NCBI GenBank assembly: GCA_964016885.1
Contig: OZ024743.1
Span: 85,250,001-85,314,000 of the forward strand
Direction: 5' to 3'
Source: Eledone cirrhosa
Taxonomy: Eukaryota
Length of the DNA: 64,000 nt
A program made the position numbers and the translations under genes. Below are positions 25,616 through 38,349 of the stretch, piece after piece (within the stretch, counting starts at the first letter, position 1; each line of letters opens with the position of its first letter). The notes beneath the pieces are model-generated. The model ran no database searches. It saw only the letters and a program-made list of their open reading frames with translations, and had not been told where the DNA came from.

Positions 25616-25720
25616 ATAGGAAAAAGTATGACCTCGACGGCAGAGCTCAAGCCATTTCGACGGCAGAAATAGCCGTCGAAACGGCTTGAGCTCTGCCGTC
25701 GGGGTCATACTTTTTCCTAT
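25616..25720 (+). mobile_element. HHR family B copy 1: 105-bp palindrome containing the 3' half of a hammerhead
   Basis: Apex hairpin GACGGC-agaaata-GCCGTC, then GAAACGGC-ttgagctct-GCCGT-C-GGGGTC; the CTGANGA strand is absent. Confidence 0.75.
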
Positions 25721-25764
25721 TTCCAGTTATCACAGTCCTTTGTCATCTCTGTTGTAAGGTTCAG

Positions 25765-26340
25765 CTTTCTGATGTTGAACTTCATTACTTCACCCTATGT
25801 TTCCATAGGTTTACCTCTTCCATGGGTCCCATCCACTGAAAAATCTCTGCATTTTTTTTATACAGCTGTTATCTTCCATACACATCACATGTCCATACCT
25901 TCACAGTTTTCTCTCTTGCATGCAACATCACATTCCTTTTATACTGAGTTTTTCTCTCAGCTTATTTATGCTACAACATTCATTCACACTATTATTACAC
26001 ATCCACCATAGTACACTCACTTTGTTTCTATCTAGCTTTCACAGATTTTCTACAGTCTACTCTTCACTCAGAAAGAGAAACCCTTTGTTATCAGCAGAGG
26101 TACTATCTCCCCAAACATCTTTCAACCTGTTCTTATGTTAGCAACTACATTCTTTGAGGATTTGTCTCCATTGTATATTAGATCACCTAGGTAGCAATGA
26201 AAGCTATCAGCAACTTCTAAAGGGCCTCCCTGACAATTGAGGAAATCTATTTCATGTGTACTCTTAGTATTAACTTCTCCTTTACATCAACGTCATACAA
26301 AATCTACCTTCTCTGTTAGCATGCCTTTAATCCTGCTGTG
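25765..26340 (-). mobile_element. Highly decayed RTE LINE 3' fragment
   Basis: Homologous in order to 5743-6450: YLGDLI, TG*KMF, WMCNNSV, QERKL*RYGHVMCM, GRGKPMET. Confidence 0.8.
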
Positions 26341-26392
<52 letters not shown>

Positions 26393-26860
26393 TCATCATC
26401 ATCATCATCAACGTTTAACGTCCGTGTTCCACGCTTGCATGGGTTTGGACGGGGGTAGTCCCACTTGAGGCAAGAGTGATTGTCTTGCTCGCATAGGACT
26501 GTCTGGCAGGTTTTCTACAGTTGGATGCCCTTCCTAACACCAACCACATTTACAGTGTGGGTCTGGGAGGTTTTTACCGTGTTGCCTACACGGCCACATT
26601 ACAGCGTGGACTGTGTGTTTTTTTGTCGTGACACCTACACGATCTCATTTGTTTCGGCCCTTATATATATATATATATATATGTATACAGACGTACAGTA
26701 GTATGTATATATATACATACATGCATACATATATATATGTACGTATGGATTCACCGAACATTTATTATAATGCTCGGTTTGTTTGTAAATAAACATCCCG
26801 AATTAAGCCGTACAGTGTTTAGCAACCATCGTTGCCCTTTTGTTCAACACTGACAAAGGA

Positions 26861-26903
26861 ACGATGTACTAGTTTCAAGCTTATTAGCTATCGTCAGCAC
26901 CGT
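26861..26903 (-). ncRNA. Minimal type I hammerhead ribozyme
   Basis: ACGGTG-CTGACGA-T-AGCT-aata-AGCT-T-GAAAC-TA-GT-A-CATCGT: 6-bp helix I, palindromic ACTAGT, GUA site. Confidence 0.85.
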
Positions 26904-27258
26904 ATACCTTCCTGCCAGATGATTGAACGTCTGAAAGTATATACTTTCCTTATGCATATTAACGGCTGAGCAGCCTAATTTGCATATCGAGTGAGTTAAT
27001 TGGCCGGGTGCACCGAAAACGATAAATGGAAAAAATGAAACGAAATTTCATTTCTCACTCTTAGTACGGCTGTTACTTAAATATAAGTATGTATACGTAC
27101 ATACATATATGTATACAGACGTACAGTAGTATGTATATATATATACATACATGCACACATATATATATATGAAGAACTCAATGTAATCCAAATATCATGA
27201 AAAGAGAAAATGTATTCAAACATTTTTTAAATGAAAATCACAGGAAAACAGAGTCAAA

Positions 27259-27604
27259 ATAAATTAATAAAAACAATGAATAAAAACAAAGAAACAGTTC
27301 CTTATATTAAAAAATTCATCATTTTACGATCGTTTCTAGGATATATAAGTGTGTGTTGGTATGTATATCATATAGATCTATGTAAAAATTTTAAAAACTA
27401 TCAGAGGGAATATACATACCTACACATATATATATTTCTGAAGACAGCATATATATGTGTAGGTATGTATATTCTCTCTGATATTTTGTAAAATTTTTAC
27501 ATAGAGCTATATGATATACATACCAACACACACATATATATCCTAGAAACGATCGTAAAATGATGAATTTTTTAATATAAGGAACTGTTTCTTTGTTTTT
27601 ATTA

Positions 27605-27610
<6 letters not shown>
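27259..27610. mobile_element. Palindromic element of about 350 bp abutting (TA)n
   Basis: Arms about 27279-27433 and 27449-27603; the loop contains TTTCTGAAGACAG. Confidence 0.9.
27433..27562 (+). ncRNA. Type I hammerhead ribozyme with a helix II domain of about 100 nt
   Basis: TATTT-CTGAAGA-C-AGcATATATATGTGT...ACACATATATATcCT-A-GAAAC-GATC-GT-A-AAATG; palindromic ACGATCGT. Confidence 0.75.
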
Positions 27611-27674
<64 letters not shown>

Positions 27675-27999
27675 GTATATATATTAGAGTGTATATACAT
27701 ATATCATCATCACCTCCATCTTAAGTCCATTTTCCACATTAGCATGGGTTAGAGGCGTTGTCCTGTTGTGGGCAATGTTAGGTCAGGTGACCATGTCTTG
27801 CTCATACAGGATTGATTCTGGCTTGGTTTCTACAGCTGGATGCCTTTCCTAATGCCAACCTTATTTACAGTAAGTACTGGGTGCTTTTTGTCATGACACT
27901 TATCAACTACTTTTCATGTGGGCTGGGCTCTTTCTACCATGTCACCATCACAACTACTATACAGCAAAATGGCTGACTGAATTCCTTCTTCTTACTCGT

Positions 28000-28155
28000 T
28001 ATCTTTCTATTTCATCTTTTATTTCTTATTCTATGATGAAAGACTAGTGTCTGAAACATAAAGTCTCTTTCCTTACTATATCAAGCATTAAACAAATATG
28101 TTTTTTCCTTGTACTGTGTTGCTTGCTTTGTTGTTTCTGTTTACTTTTTGCATAT
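28000..28155 (+). mobile_element. Decayed homologue of the HHR element at 53590-53740
   Basis: ATGATGA-A-AGAC-tagt-GTCT-GAAACATA, followed by the shared CTATATCAAGCATTAA...TTTCTGTTTAC. Confidence 0.65.
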
Positions 28156-28343
28156 ACACATACATGTAAAAGTTAAGGTGTATCCTAAGCCCAGAGGTTT
28201 AGTTATCAGACTGTTTCTTATCCCAGTTTTATTGGTGTTAAGTGACGAGTACAAGATTCCCTCCTATACAGGATGCTAGTCTATTGCAAGGTTAATCTCC
28301 AGCTACTGTTGGTATTCATAGTCAGCTGTGTGTACTGGACAAC

Positions 28344-28565
28344 AAGAACTGAACTGCACTCATTATACACACACACACTCACACACTCACACATTCACAC
28401 ACTCACACACATATATTTATATAGGAAGCTGTGTCCATTCTATTTGATAAGCTTTGTCTCTTAATCACACACACACTCACACACACATACACACAGTCAC
28501 ACACTCACACACATATATTTATATATGAAGCTGTGTCCATTCTATTTTATAAGCTTTGTCTCTTA

Positions 28566-28625
<60 letters not shown>
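28344..28625. repeat. (CA)n tracts with a two-copy local duplication
   Basis: GAAGCTGTGTCCATTCTATTTkATAAGCTTTGTCTCTTAAT at about 28424 and 28527. Confidence 0.85.
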
Positions 28626-28627
<2 letters not shown>

Positions 28628-29679
28628 TTCCCGAATGTATGGATGTGTGTTTCTGGAACTCCCAAAACAATAGCGTCTGATTTGGGACAAGAAGAATTTG
28701 TTATGGTAGAGACTAGGAGAGAGGGGGAGGGACTGTGAGAGAGGGGGAGGGACTGTGAGAGAGGGAGTGGGGGTGGATATGAGTGAGGGGCAGAGAGTGG
28801 TCATAGGGAGACAAGGAGAGAGATGATGAAAGAGATACTGGACGCAAAGGAAGGGGGAAGGATTGCTGGCAGAGAGAGAGGGACAGTGGGAGGAAGGAAG
28901 GGAGAGAGGAGTTGATTGGGAGGGAGAGAGGGAGAAATATAAAGATAGACAGCACCCAATCCTTTAAGAAAAATCCTGTTTAACAATCAATGTAAATATT
29001 GAACATAAAACTATTTATTGATTGTTTACAGAGGTTTTATCCTAAAGTCAATCACAAATCTATACTGTTCTCCCCACACCACTCTTTCTCTCTTCCTTCC
29101 TCCCTCTCTCCCCTCCCCTTCCCTGGATCCCTCTTCCTCCCTCTCCCACCCTCTCTCCTTTCCTTCCTCTCCCTCCTCTTCCCTCCCTCTCACTAACCAC
29201 TACCAGTTAACTATCAGTGGTGTTACTAACACCCTCTACTAACACAACCAGTACACAATCCATACAGTCATCCCCCACCCCACCCTCTCAGTAATCAAAC
29301 CACTACTTGTTAACAATTCGTAGTGTTGAAGATTAACTTTTAACATCCTGTACCACATGAAACCACATTAACAAGACATTCATGAAAAGTACAAAACAAC
29401 ACTATGACCGCACCATATTAAAAATTAAAGTTTGCAAATTTTCACAATCTGTTCACTAGTAAATAAGCTATAAACATTTGAATTAACAAACTTGTTTTTA
29501 GATAATTTCTGATTATCATTTCTGATTATCATTTCTGATTATCATTAGGTCAGCAAATTTAAGTGAAGGACAAAGTTGATTAAATCAACCCCAGTACTTG
29601 ACTAATACTTTATTTTATTGACCCTCCACCCAGAAAGATGAAAGACAAAGTTAACTTCTTCTTCTACCTCCTCCTCCTC

Positions 29680-30010
29680 CTCCTAGAGGTTGTAGGGGCA
29701 GAGTCCTCAAACACTCCTTCCAGCAGGCCCTGTCAGAAGCAACCATCTCCAACTGATCTGGCTGGATCCCCAAGCAAGACCAGCTGAGCTCATGGATGTT
29801 ATTCAACCATCTTGCTCAGTCTCTACTCCTCGGTCTCCTGCTGGTTGGTTTTGCCCATAAAATCTGTCCTGCAATTATTTCCTGAGACATTCTAACCACA
29901 TACCCATAGTATGGGATCTGTGATCTCTCAATTCAGAGAAGTAGCGGCTCAACCTGGAGTGATTTCCGAGCTACGCACTCTATCGAGTAATGTTACTCCA
30001 ATGACCCTTT
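29680..30010 (-). mobile_element. RTE (Expander/Rex3-like) C-terminal fragment
   Basis: RIERSQIPYYGYVVRMSQE...WAKPTSRRPRSR..ARWLNNIHELSWSCLGI...DRACWK. Confidence 0.65.
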
Positions 30011-30496
30011 GGAGGAGCCCCATTTCAGCAGCTTGTATTCGTGATTGTATTCTTTCAGTCATTACCCAAGATTGATGATCATAGTTGACACGAATGCCAA
30101 ATTGAAGATAACGAGTTTGTTTTTACACCAACCATAATAATCAAATTGTCATTCTGGCACTAGTAGGTCATCTCAGATAACATTTCTCCAATTATCTCCT
30201 TCATAAGATTCAGTTTCATGAGATCAGCGAAAATATATAGTTTTTTTGCATATGTAGATGGGCTGATTAGCCTCATTTGCATATGGAGCTGTATAAGCTG
30301 GCTCAGCTTGAAAGTAGAATTAAAGTTTTGCTTCATCATAGCTGCATACATATATGTACGTGAATTTCATATATCTAATGATATACAGTATGTTTACGAA
30401 TAAACATTTGGAAAGCCGTCTAGGTATGAATATTGAAAAGTTGACAGCTTGCGCTGTCTAGCGGGTTCCAGCAGAAGTAGGGGCAGGGGGATAACT

Positions 30497-30531
30497 GCCA
30501 ATGCATTTCTGGCTATGGCCGTCATCAGGTT
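30497..30531 (-). ncRNA. Hammerhead core joined to a PLE RT fragment
   Basis: CTGATGA-C-GGC-cata-GCC-A-GAAAT-GC-AT-T; palindromic ATGCAT. The 5' strand of helix I is replaced by RT-coding sequence. Confidence 0.65.
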
Positions 30532-31390
30532 CTACTTTGGTAACCATGGCTGTTCCCGTTATTTGGTGGTATTTAAGCATATTGAATATAAAATAATTGT
30601 TCTGTAGAACAAATTTAAGATCTTTGATAATGGTTTCTAATTTCAGCACAAGGCCAGCAATTTTGGGGAGAGGGGCAAGTCAATCATAAAGTATCTTACT
30701 GGTACTTTAATTTATTGACCCTGGTAGGATGAAAAGTAAAGCTCATCTTGGCAGGATTTGAACTCAGAACGTTAGAATGTTGTAACAAAGCATTTTGGCT
30801 GGCATTCTACAGATTAATAATGATAATAACCTGAAACTGCTACAAAGTTATTAAATGTATTAGGAGATTTAGTTGACCTTGGTGGGATTTGAACTCAGAC
30901 TGTAAAGAGTTGAAAGAAATGCTGCAGAGTATTTTGTCTAACTCTCTAACAATTCTGCCAATCCACTCTTTTAAGATCTTCAGTAATTCTCTCTAACATT
31001 GTCACAAGGTCAGTAATTTGAATGAAGATAAAGTCAATTATACCAATCCCAGTATTTGACTGGTACTTTACTTTATCAACCATGAAAGAATAAAAGGCAA
31101 AGTAGCCCTTGGTGGGATTTGAACTCAGAATGTAAAAAGCTGTAACAAATAAATACTGCAATGGCATTTGCCTAACAACTTTACCAATCCACTCTCCTGT
31201 AAGAACTAAGACATTCAATAATGAAATCTGTTTCTACGGTCCAGTAATTCAAATCAGTACATGTTGAGCCAATATTGAATGGCGTCTATTCCATAATTGT
31301 GTTGGATATTATTAGTGTATAAATTAATTACATTGAACGAAACAATAATTACTGTGTTTTCATTTATTCCTTCTGTTTTATTTTCCAGGG
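30532..31390 (-). pseudogene. Penelope-like element reverse transcriptase remnant split by S1 SINEs
   Basis: INENTVIIVSFNVINLYTNNIQHNYGIDAIQYWLN (motif A, cf. SFDV..LYTNIPH) and DFIIECL at about 31205-31390; LKFVLQNNYFIFN..KYHQITGTAMVTKVEP (motif B', cf. QIKGTAMG...AP) at 30532-30620. Confidence 0.8.
30632..31195 (-). mobile_element. Cluster of three older S1-type SINEs
   Basis: Repeated ACTGGTACTTT, GGGATTTGAACTCAG and CCAATCCAC motifs. Confidence 0.8.
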
Positions 31391-32429
31391 AGAAAAGTCG
31401 AGAGAAGAGTATCAGCAAACAATGCTGCATCTTGTCTCTGGTCACATGGTCTGTGACAGCCTTGCTTCTGATTGGCTCTTACTTGAGTCAATCATCAACA
31501 GGAGAAGAAGTAAGCCATCTGATAACATGAATTATCAGATGCTAGGAGTTCCTCTCCGTACAACCCAGAAGAGAATATCTACACAACAAATACACCAACA
31601 ACATCAGGAGATATTATTACATTTTCCCCCAACTTATGTCACCTTCTGTCAAATTGGAATGGCTTGAAAGATTCTGGCATTTTCGACCGACTGCAAATTG
31701 AAGAAAAAGAGAAAAAGACATTTACTTGTATTTATGTTGTTGTTGTTGGGGTGTGTTTTTTTTTCAGTTTTGAGGGAAGTGAGCGGGGTAAGGGGATTCT
31801 TTCTCTAATTTTTCTTTCCTTTTCAATATTTCAAAATTATTAAAATGTTCCAACTTTGTCCATGCCCCATGCCTGTCTTGCTTGATCTTCAGATTTCTGA
31901 AAGAATAGCATTGAAGAATTCTTTGTGTGTTTCTGGATTTCACCAACAGAACCACACAACTAAACACAAAATATGTTGAATTCGTTCAATCTAGTTTAAT
32001 TTCTTTTCTTTTTATAATTATTTAATTTTCTTTGTCAAGCTCAAAATTCCTCCTGTCTCTCTATGACTGCCATCAAATGTTGAGTCTGTTTGTGCAAGGC
32101 AGTATGGGTTGGGGTCATGGAAAACTCGGCTGGGGTGGGGTGAGGTGGGGGGCATCTGTGTTTTTTGTTTTTTTTCCTAAAATTTTTTCATATATTTTTA
32201 TTTTATTTTATTTTTATTTATTTTAATTCTCTGAAGGTTTTAAAAAATGTTGAATGACACAAAAAAATAGAAAAATATGTGAAAACAAAATATATGTTAT
32301 GTATGTGTGTTTGTGTATATATATATGTGTGTATGTATATATATGTGTATATATATGTATATATATGTGTGTGTGTATATAATATATATATATAATTTTA
32401 AAAAGAGTCCCGCGTGGCTAAAAACATAC

Positions 32430-32663
32430 CAATGAATAAAAGAAATATGGGCATAGACAGGAATAAATGAATACAAACAGTAGTCCCATCTCATCAGTCA
32501 ACCACTAAAGGTATGTTGTTTTGGTACTTTAAGGTCGATACAACTGGCACAAAGGACAAGACAATAGTCATAATGAAACAATGTATCTCTAGCAATTAAC
32601 TAATGAGATGGGACTACTATATGTATTTGTTCATTTACCTATCTTTGCTCATATTTTGTATTC

Positions 32664-32665
<2 letters not shown>
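32430..32665. repeat. Diverged inverted repeat between (TA)n tracts, with a permuted HHR-like core
   Basis: About 32435-32530 versus about 32575-32665; GAAACAATGTA lies upstream of CTrATGA-GATGGGACTA. Confidence 0.6.
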
Positions 32666-32737
<72 letters not shown>

Positions 32738-32988
32738 TATACATATATATATACACATGTATATATAATTGTGTATATACTTAGCTGATGATAAATATAT
32801 GTGTATGTCAGTATCCATATCTGTGTTTATGTTTATAGTCGGAAAATCAGTGTTATTTACGTTGTTTCCCTTTATATCCCATAACTTAGTGGACTGACAC
32901 ATAGAAATAAGTACTGGAGAGGATATATGATTAACACAATGCCCCAGCATGGCCACAGTCTAATGACTGAAACCAATACAAGAATATG

Positions 32989-33061
<73 letters not shown>

Positions 33062-33387
33062 TGCATTCTATATATATTTATATATATATATATATGTATG
33101 TATATTTACATTGATTTATATATACATTTACATATGTATATCATGATAATGCTGATGGCGATGATGACATACATATGTATTCACCCGCATACACATATAT
33201 ACATACACACAATTATATACATATACACACACATATACATACATACATATATACACATACATACTGATATATATATATATACATACATTATCCTTTTATT
33301 TTCTTGCTTCCCATTAACTCCTCAATGATGGACCTACAGTGTTAACCTCATTGCATCAAATGTTTCAAAACACACTGATATATATAG

Positions 33388-33735
33388 TCTCTCTTTCTCA
33401 CTGCTCTCTCTCTTTCCACCTCACTCTCTCCCTGCCTTCTTTCTGTATATCTCTTCTCCCCTTGTTCTCTCTCTTTTTCTTTCTTTCCATCTTACTCTCT
33501 CTCCCGCCTCTCTCTATATATACACCCCCCTCTCTCTCTCTCTCTATATATATATATACACACCGCTCTTTCTCTTTCTCTATCTCATTCTCTTGCCCTC
33601 CCTCCCTCCCTCCCCTCTCTTTCTATATATCTCCTCTCACCTTCTCTCCTCTCTCCTCCTCATGTATCTCCCCTCCCCTCTCTCTTCTCCCCCTCTCTCT
33701 TTCTCACTCCCCCTCTCTCTCCAACAGTCTCTCCT
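33388..33735. repeat. (CT)-rich polypyrimidine low-complexity tract
   Basis: Read directly. Confidence 0.85.
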
Positions 33736-33989
33736 TGCTTGTCTTGATATCTTCATTGATATTCTAATACTATATCTCCGATATTATTTCAACTCTCTGT
33801 TCAATACTTATTGTATTAACACCACCATGCCTAATATTGTTTTAATATTGTGTTTAACATTATATTCATATATATTCATATCATTGCTGTTATTGTTTCA
33901 ATGTTTTAACTTCATCTCCCATGCTGCAAAAATATTGTGTCTGATACTTGCTGTAAGAATATTTTCAATATAACTTTAATATCCTAGAT

Positions 33990-34358
33990 CAGAGATTCTC
34001 AAAGTGGGCACTACCGCACCCCAGGGTACGTTGAGGTGGGTGATGGGGACTCAAGGGGTTGTGGGGACTGGGGGGGGGGGGCTCAGGGGGCAGTGGGGCC
34101 TCAGGGCAGTGGGGGCGTGGTAGAGATGATATGATATTATATTTAATATCAAATGATACATATTATATATAAATATAGTCAAATAAAAAATATATATTTA
34201 TCTATACATAGTATATATTATATTATTTATTATATATAAATTGCCGATTTTATTTATTATATATTATTGTAGGCAATCTCTCTGGAAATAGGGGTGGGGC
34301 GCTGAGGGTATTACATGGCCGTGAGGAGGGGGGGTACTAAAAAGTTTGAGAACCTCTG
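33990..34358. mobile_element. Non-autonomous hAT (Charlie-like) DNA transposon/MITE
   Basis: TIRs CAGAGATTCTCAAA / TTTGAGAACCTCTG (13 of 14 match); 8-bp flanks TCCTAGAT / TGATAGAT resemble the Charlie NTCTAGAN target. Confidence 0.8.
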
Positions 34359-35039
34359 TGATAGATGATACGATTTTAAAGTCAAAATATTATTATCTCC
34401 ATTATTATTAGTTTTATATGTTCAAAACTATTGATTGATATCAGCTTAAGCTCGTGTTTCATACTGTGATAGTGTTGCATTTGATAGCATGTGGATATTA
34501 GTTGAATATCGTGTCCAATGTCGTATTAATACTGCAAGTGATATTATTTCAATATCAACATATTCATCATCATCATTATATTTATATCTATTTTAGTATT
34601 CCTTTGATATCCCAGCAAGATGTAAGTTAAACACCTTGTCCAATGTGTTATGTCTATGCTACAGTACTCTGCTATTTGTTATCATTGCAATATCTTGTTT
34701 ATAAGTTAAAACTTTAATTTACCACCCTCAAATAGGAATTAACATAAGTTAAAACTTTATGTTTAATTTATCACCTTTAAATGGGAATTAAATTAAAATT
34801 TACCAGTTCCCCACCGCCACACCTTTAGGTTATCTTTAGATAATTCTTCAATGGTCATTATTGATACAATATAATATTTCAGATGAGATTATCGATATCA
34901 AATTGTATTTTTTTTTTATATTGATCATATATAAATCCCCTACTCCACAACTTTGCTTGCCAAATAGTTGGATCTCTGTTCATTGTGAGGTGATAATATA
35001 CCATATATAAAACATGTTATTGCTACACAACCTCCAACA

Positions 35040-35525
35040 CTGTGTGTCCACATAGACACAACAAACATCAGAGACCATTAATGAATTAATAAACAGAGAT
35101 TAAACTTTAACGAAAATCTATTTTAAGGCAGAAAATGTGTCAGAGAATGACAAAGCAGTCATACTCTGGGATAATCCATTACACTCAGACAGAGAGATCA
35201 AAGCCAATCGACCAGATATTATAGTATAAAACCACAAAGAAAAGAAATACCTTCTAATTGTCATACAAGTTCCTCCAGACAACAATATATCTCTCAAAGA
35301 AATGGAGAAATTATCCAAATATAAAGATCTAGAGATAGAAATAATCAGAATGTGGCTGAAGAAAACAGAAACGATCTCCATAATAATAGATGCTCTGGTA
35401 ATGATAACAAAAAGAAAAACACGGATACTTTACCAAAACGCCAGGAATTACAAAATATATACAGCATACAGAAAATAACACTACTAGGCATTGCACATAT
35501 ATTGCGAAAAGTAGTCTCAATATAA
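35040..35525 (+). mobile_element. R4/Dong-like non-LTR element, restriction-like endonuclease remnant
   Basis: ENDKAVILWDNPLHSDREIKANRPDIIV*NHKEKKYLLIVIQVPPDNNISLKEMEKLSKYKDLEIEIIRMW (RPD...K..KY..L motif). Confidence 0.8.
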
Positions 35526-35629
35526 TAGAAATAACAAAACCACCAAAAGCCACACTGCACATACCCAAGGTACACAGAGCAGTGCTCAGTCAAGCAGTGA
35601 CAGCACACAATGAAAATATGATCATAATG

Positions 35630-35877
35630 ATGGTTTCTGATTTAGACACAAGACCAACAATTTTAGGGGAGGGTTAAGTCGATTAAATCGACCCCAGTGT
35701 GTTACTGTTACTTTATTTCATTGACCCCGTAAGGATGAGAGACAAAGGTAATCTCAGTAGGATTTGAATTCAGAACAAATACGGCAAAGCATTTTGTTTG
35801 ACGTTCTAACAATTCTGTGAATCCATTGACCTTTAATAATAATAATAATGATCATGATCATGATGATAATAATAATA

Positions 35878-35933
<56 letters not shown>

Positions 35934-36690
35934 AATAATGGTTTCTTTATTGGCCACAAGGGCTAACATGAAGAAAAATATTAGAGACGGCACAGAAGAG
36001 TAGAGGACGATACAAAGTGGGTTTTGGTCGTGTAAACAGGTTATAACAAGATAATGATAATAATCAGGAAACTATGGAGAATCAGACACGTAGAAGTGGT
36101 ACTGATTGTGGATGATGCACTGGGAGCAGTTAGTAAAAGGTTAGATGGCTTGAGAAGCGAGGAATTACCACCAGGACAGGATTGTTGCAGAAAACAGCCT
36201 TGCTAGAACAGCAAGGATGCTAAGGAAGGTGTTAGAAATTTGAAGGAGGAATGACCGAAAGGACCTTTGGCCATTGGCTATGGCTCCCTCTTTTGGTATA
36301 GAGTTGGTATAACATCTGTCAGAGCAAAAGCATTAAGAATTGTAATAATTGTTTCTACTTTTAGGCACAAGGCTAGCAATTATCCCAGTACATTACTGGT
36401 ACTTTATTTTATCGACCCCGTAAGGATGAAAGGCAAAGTTAACCTCGGCGAGATTTGAACTCAGATCATAAGGGGAAGTAACTCTATGCTTCAAAGCATG
36501 GCGTCCGACCCTCTACCGATACTGCCAATCCACCGTAATAATGATAGTAAAACAATGACTTCTACTTTTGGCACCAGGCTGGTAAATTTGAAGAGAAAGG
36601 GAAAGTTGATTATATTAAACCCAATAGTTTACTGGTATTGGTAGTTTATTTTATTGACCCCAGAAAGATGAAAGGCAAAGTTGACCTCAA
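35630..36690. mobile_element. S1 SINEs, (ATG/ATA)n and a second R4/Dong-like 3' end
   Basis: SINE motifs on the minus strand at 35630-35835, 36345-36535 and 36555-36690; RKLWRIRHVEVVLIVDDALGAV...LLQKTALL...RMLRKVLEI* on the plus strand at 36065-36335. Confidence 0.75.
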
Positions 36691-37099
36691 CTTAATCCTC
36701 TCATTGGGCATAATTCAATTTAATTTTATTCAAAAATATAAATTGTATGAAATATTAGAAACAGAGTGGGGTGGGTGGGGTACAATAGATATAGGGATGA
36801 ATGTAAAGATGGAGGTAGTGGGGTAGAGACATAATATACAAAAGAGACATTTTAAAAATTACTAAATTCTATGCATACCTAAACACACACATACATATAT
36901 AGATATATACACATACATATATATACACACACACACACACATATATTTTTGATATTACATTCTGCATATGAGGGAAACAAACTATAGTTTAACACCAAAT
37001 GTGTAACACCAAGTACTAGACTTTAACAGACTCACCTACACATTGACTGCTCAGGTTGGTGAACAAACAGTATTATAAAACTATATATACAGGCATACC

Positions 37100-37420
37100 T
37101 TCATACACACATACATATATATACACATACATTCTCTCATACACACTCTAACACATACATAAACATTCATACACGCACCCACACAAAAACACACACCCAC
37201 ACACCCACACAAACACACCCACATGCACCCAAACACACCCACGCACCTACACAAACACTCACACACACACACACACACCCACACACCTACACAAACATCC
37301 ACACACACCTACACAAACACCCACACACCTACACAAACACCCAAACACACCCACACACCTACACAAACACTCACACCCACACCCACACCCACACACCTAC
37401 ACAGACACTCACACACACAG
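37100..37420. repeat. (CA)-rich minisatellite
   Basis: Units such as cacacctacacaaacacc. Confidence 0.85.
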
Positions 37421-38026
37421 AGAAAATTGACCGAAATGACCTTCACTAAAAGACAGAAAACAGATAAAGGTGACCACCAAAATATTTTTGGCCATTGGTT
37501 TTTTTTCCCCCACGTCTTTCCTAGTGTGACCTTCACCTCAGAGAATTACAGAAATATACACAGTAATCATCACTAACTATTAATTATGGCTAAATAATTA
37601 GTTTTTTCTGATTAAGCCTTAAAGAGAGAGAGTGTTTTATTATTGTTTTTGTTTTTGTGGTGGGAGAGATTTTTTTTATTTGCTTCTTTCTTTTGTTTGG
37701 TTTTGTTTTGTTTTTGTTTTTGTTTTTGTTTTTGTTTTTTCTCTTCTATATGAGCAGGAAGAATTCAATAATTCTTTGCAGATGTTCTGCACATTGGTTG
37801 CTGAAATCTGAGACATAAACATCCTCTTCAGCACCGAATTAAGAAGAGGATACTCTGTCTATTGATCCAATTCTCTTCAGTAAAAACCAAAAAAACCACA
37901 AATCTCTGCCTACTGTAGAATCAAATGAAAACGAAAATCTTTATTTTCTAGAAGCAACAAAATGCCAGGCTTGTATCTGGTGGTGCCCATCTCTTTAGCT
38001 TTCGATGAAGTAAAGTTGTAATTATA

Positions 38027-38059
<33 letters not shown>

Positions 38060-38307
38060 GGTAATCATAAATAATACATGTGTGTATATATATATATATG
38101 TTTATATATATGGCAATCATAAGTAACACACACACACACATATATATATATATCATGTTTATATATAATATATATAATATATATATCATATTTATATTAT
38201 AAATATATCTAGCAAACATAATTAATATGCACCAACACATACATATATATATATACATATCATATTTATATATACATGTATAGATATAGATATATCCTAC
38301 TCATCAT

Positions 38308-38349
<42 letters not shown>

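Noticed and set aside
37960-38020. Short ATG-initiated frame MPGLYLVVPISLAFDEVKL
   Set aside because: Too short, weak donor and no homology.
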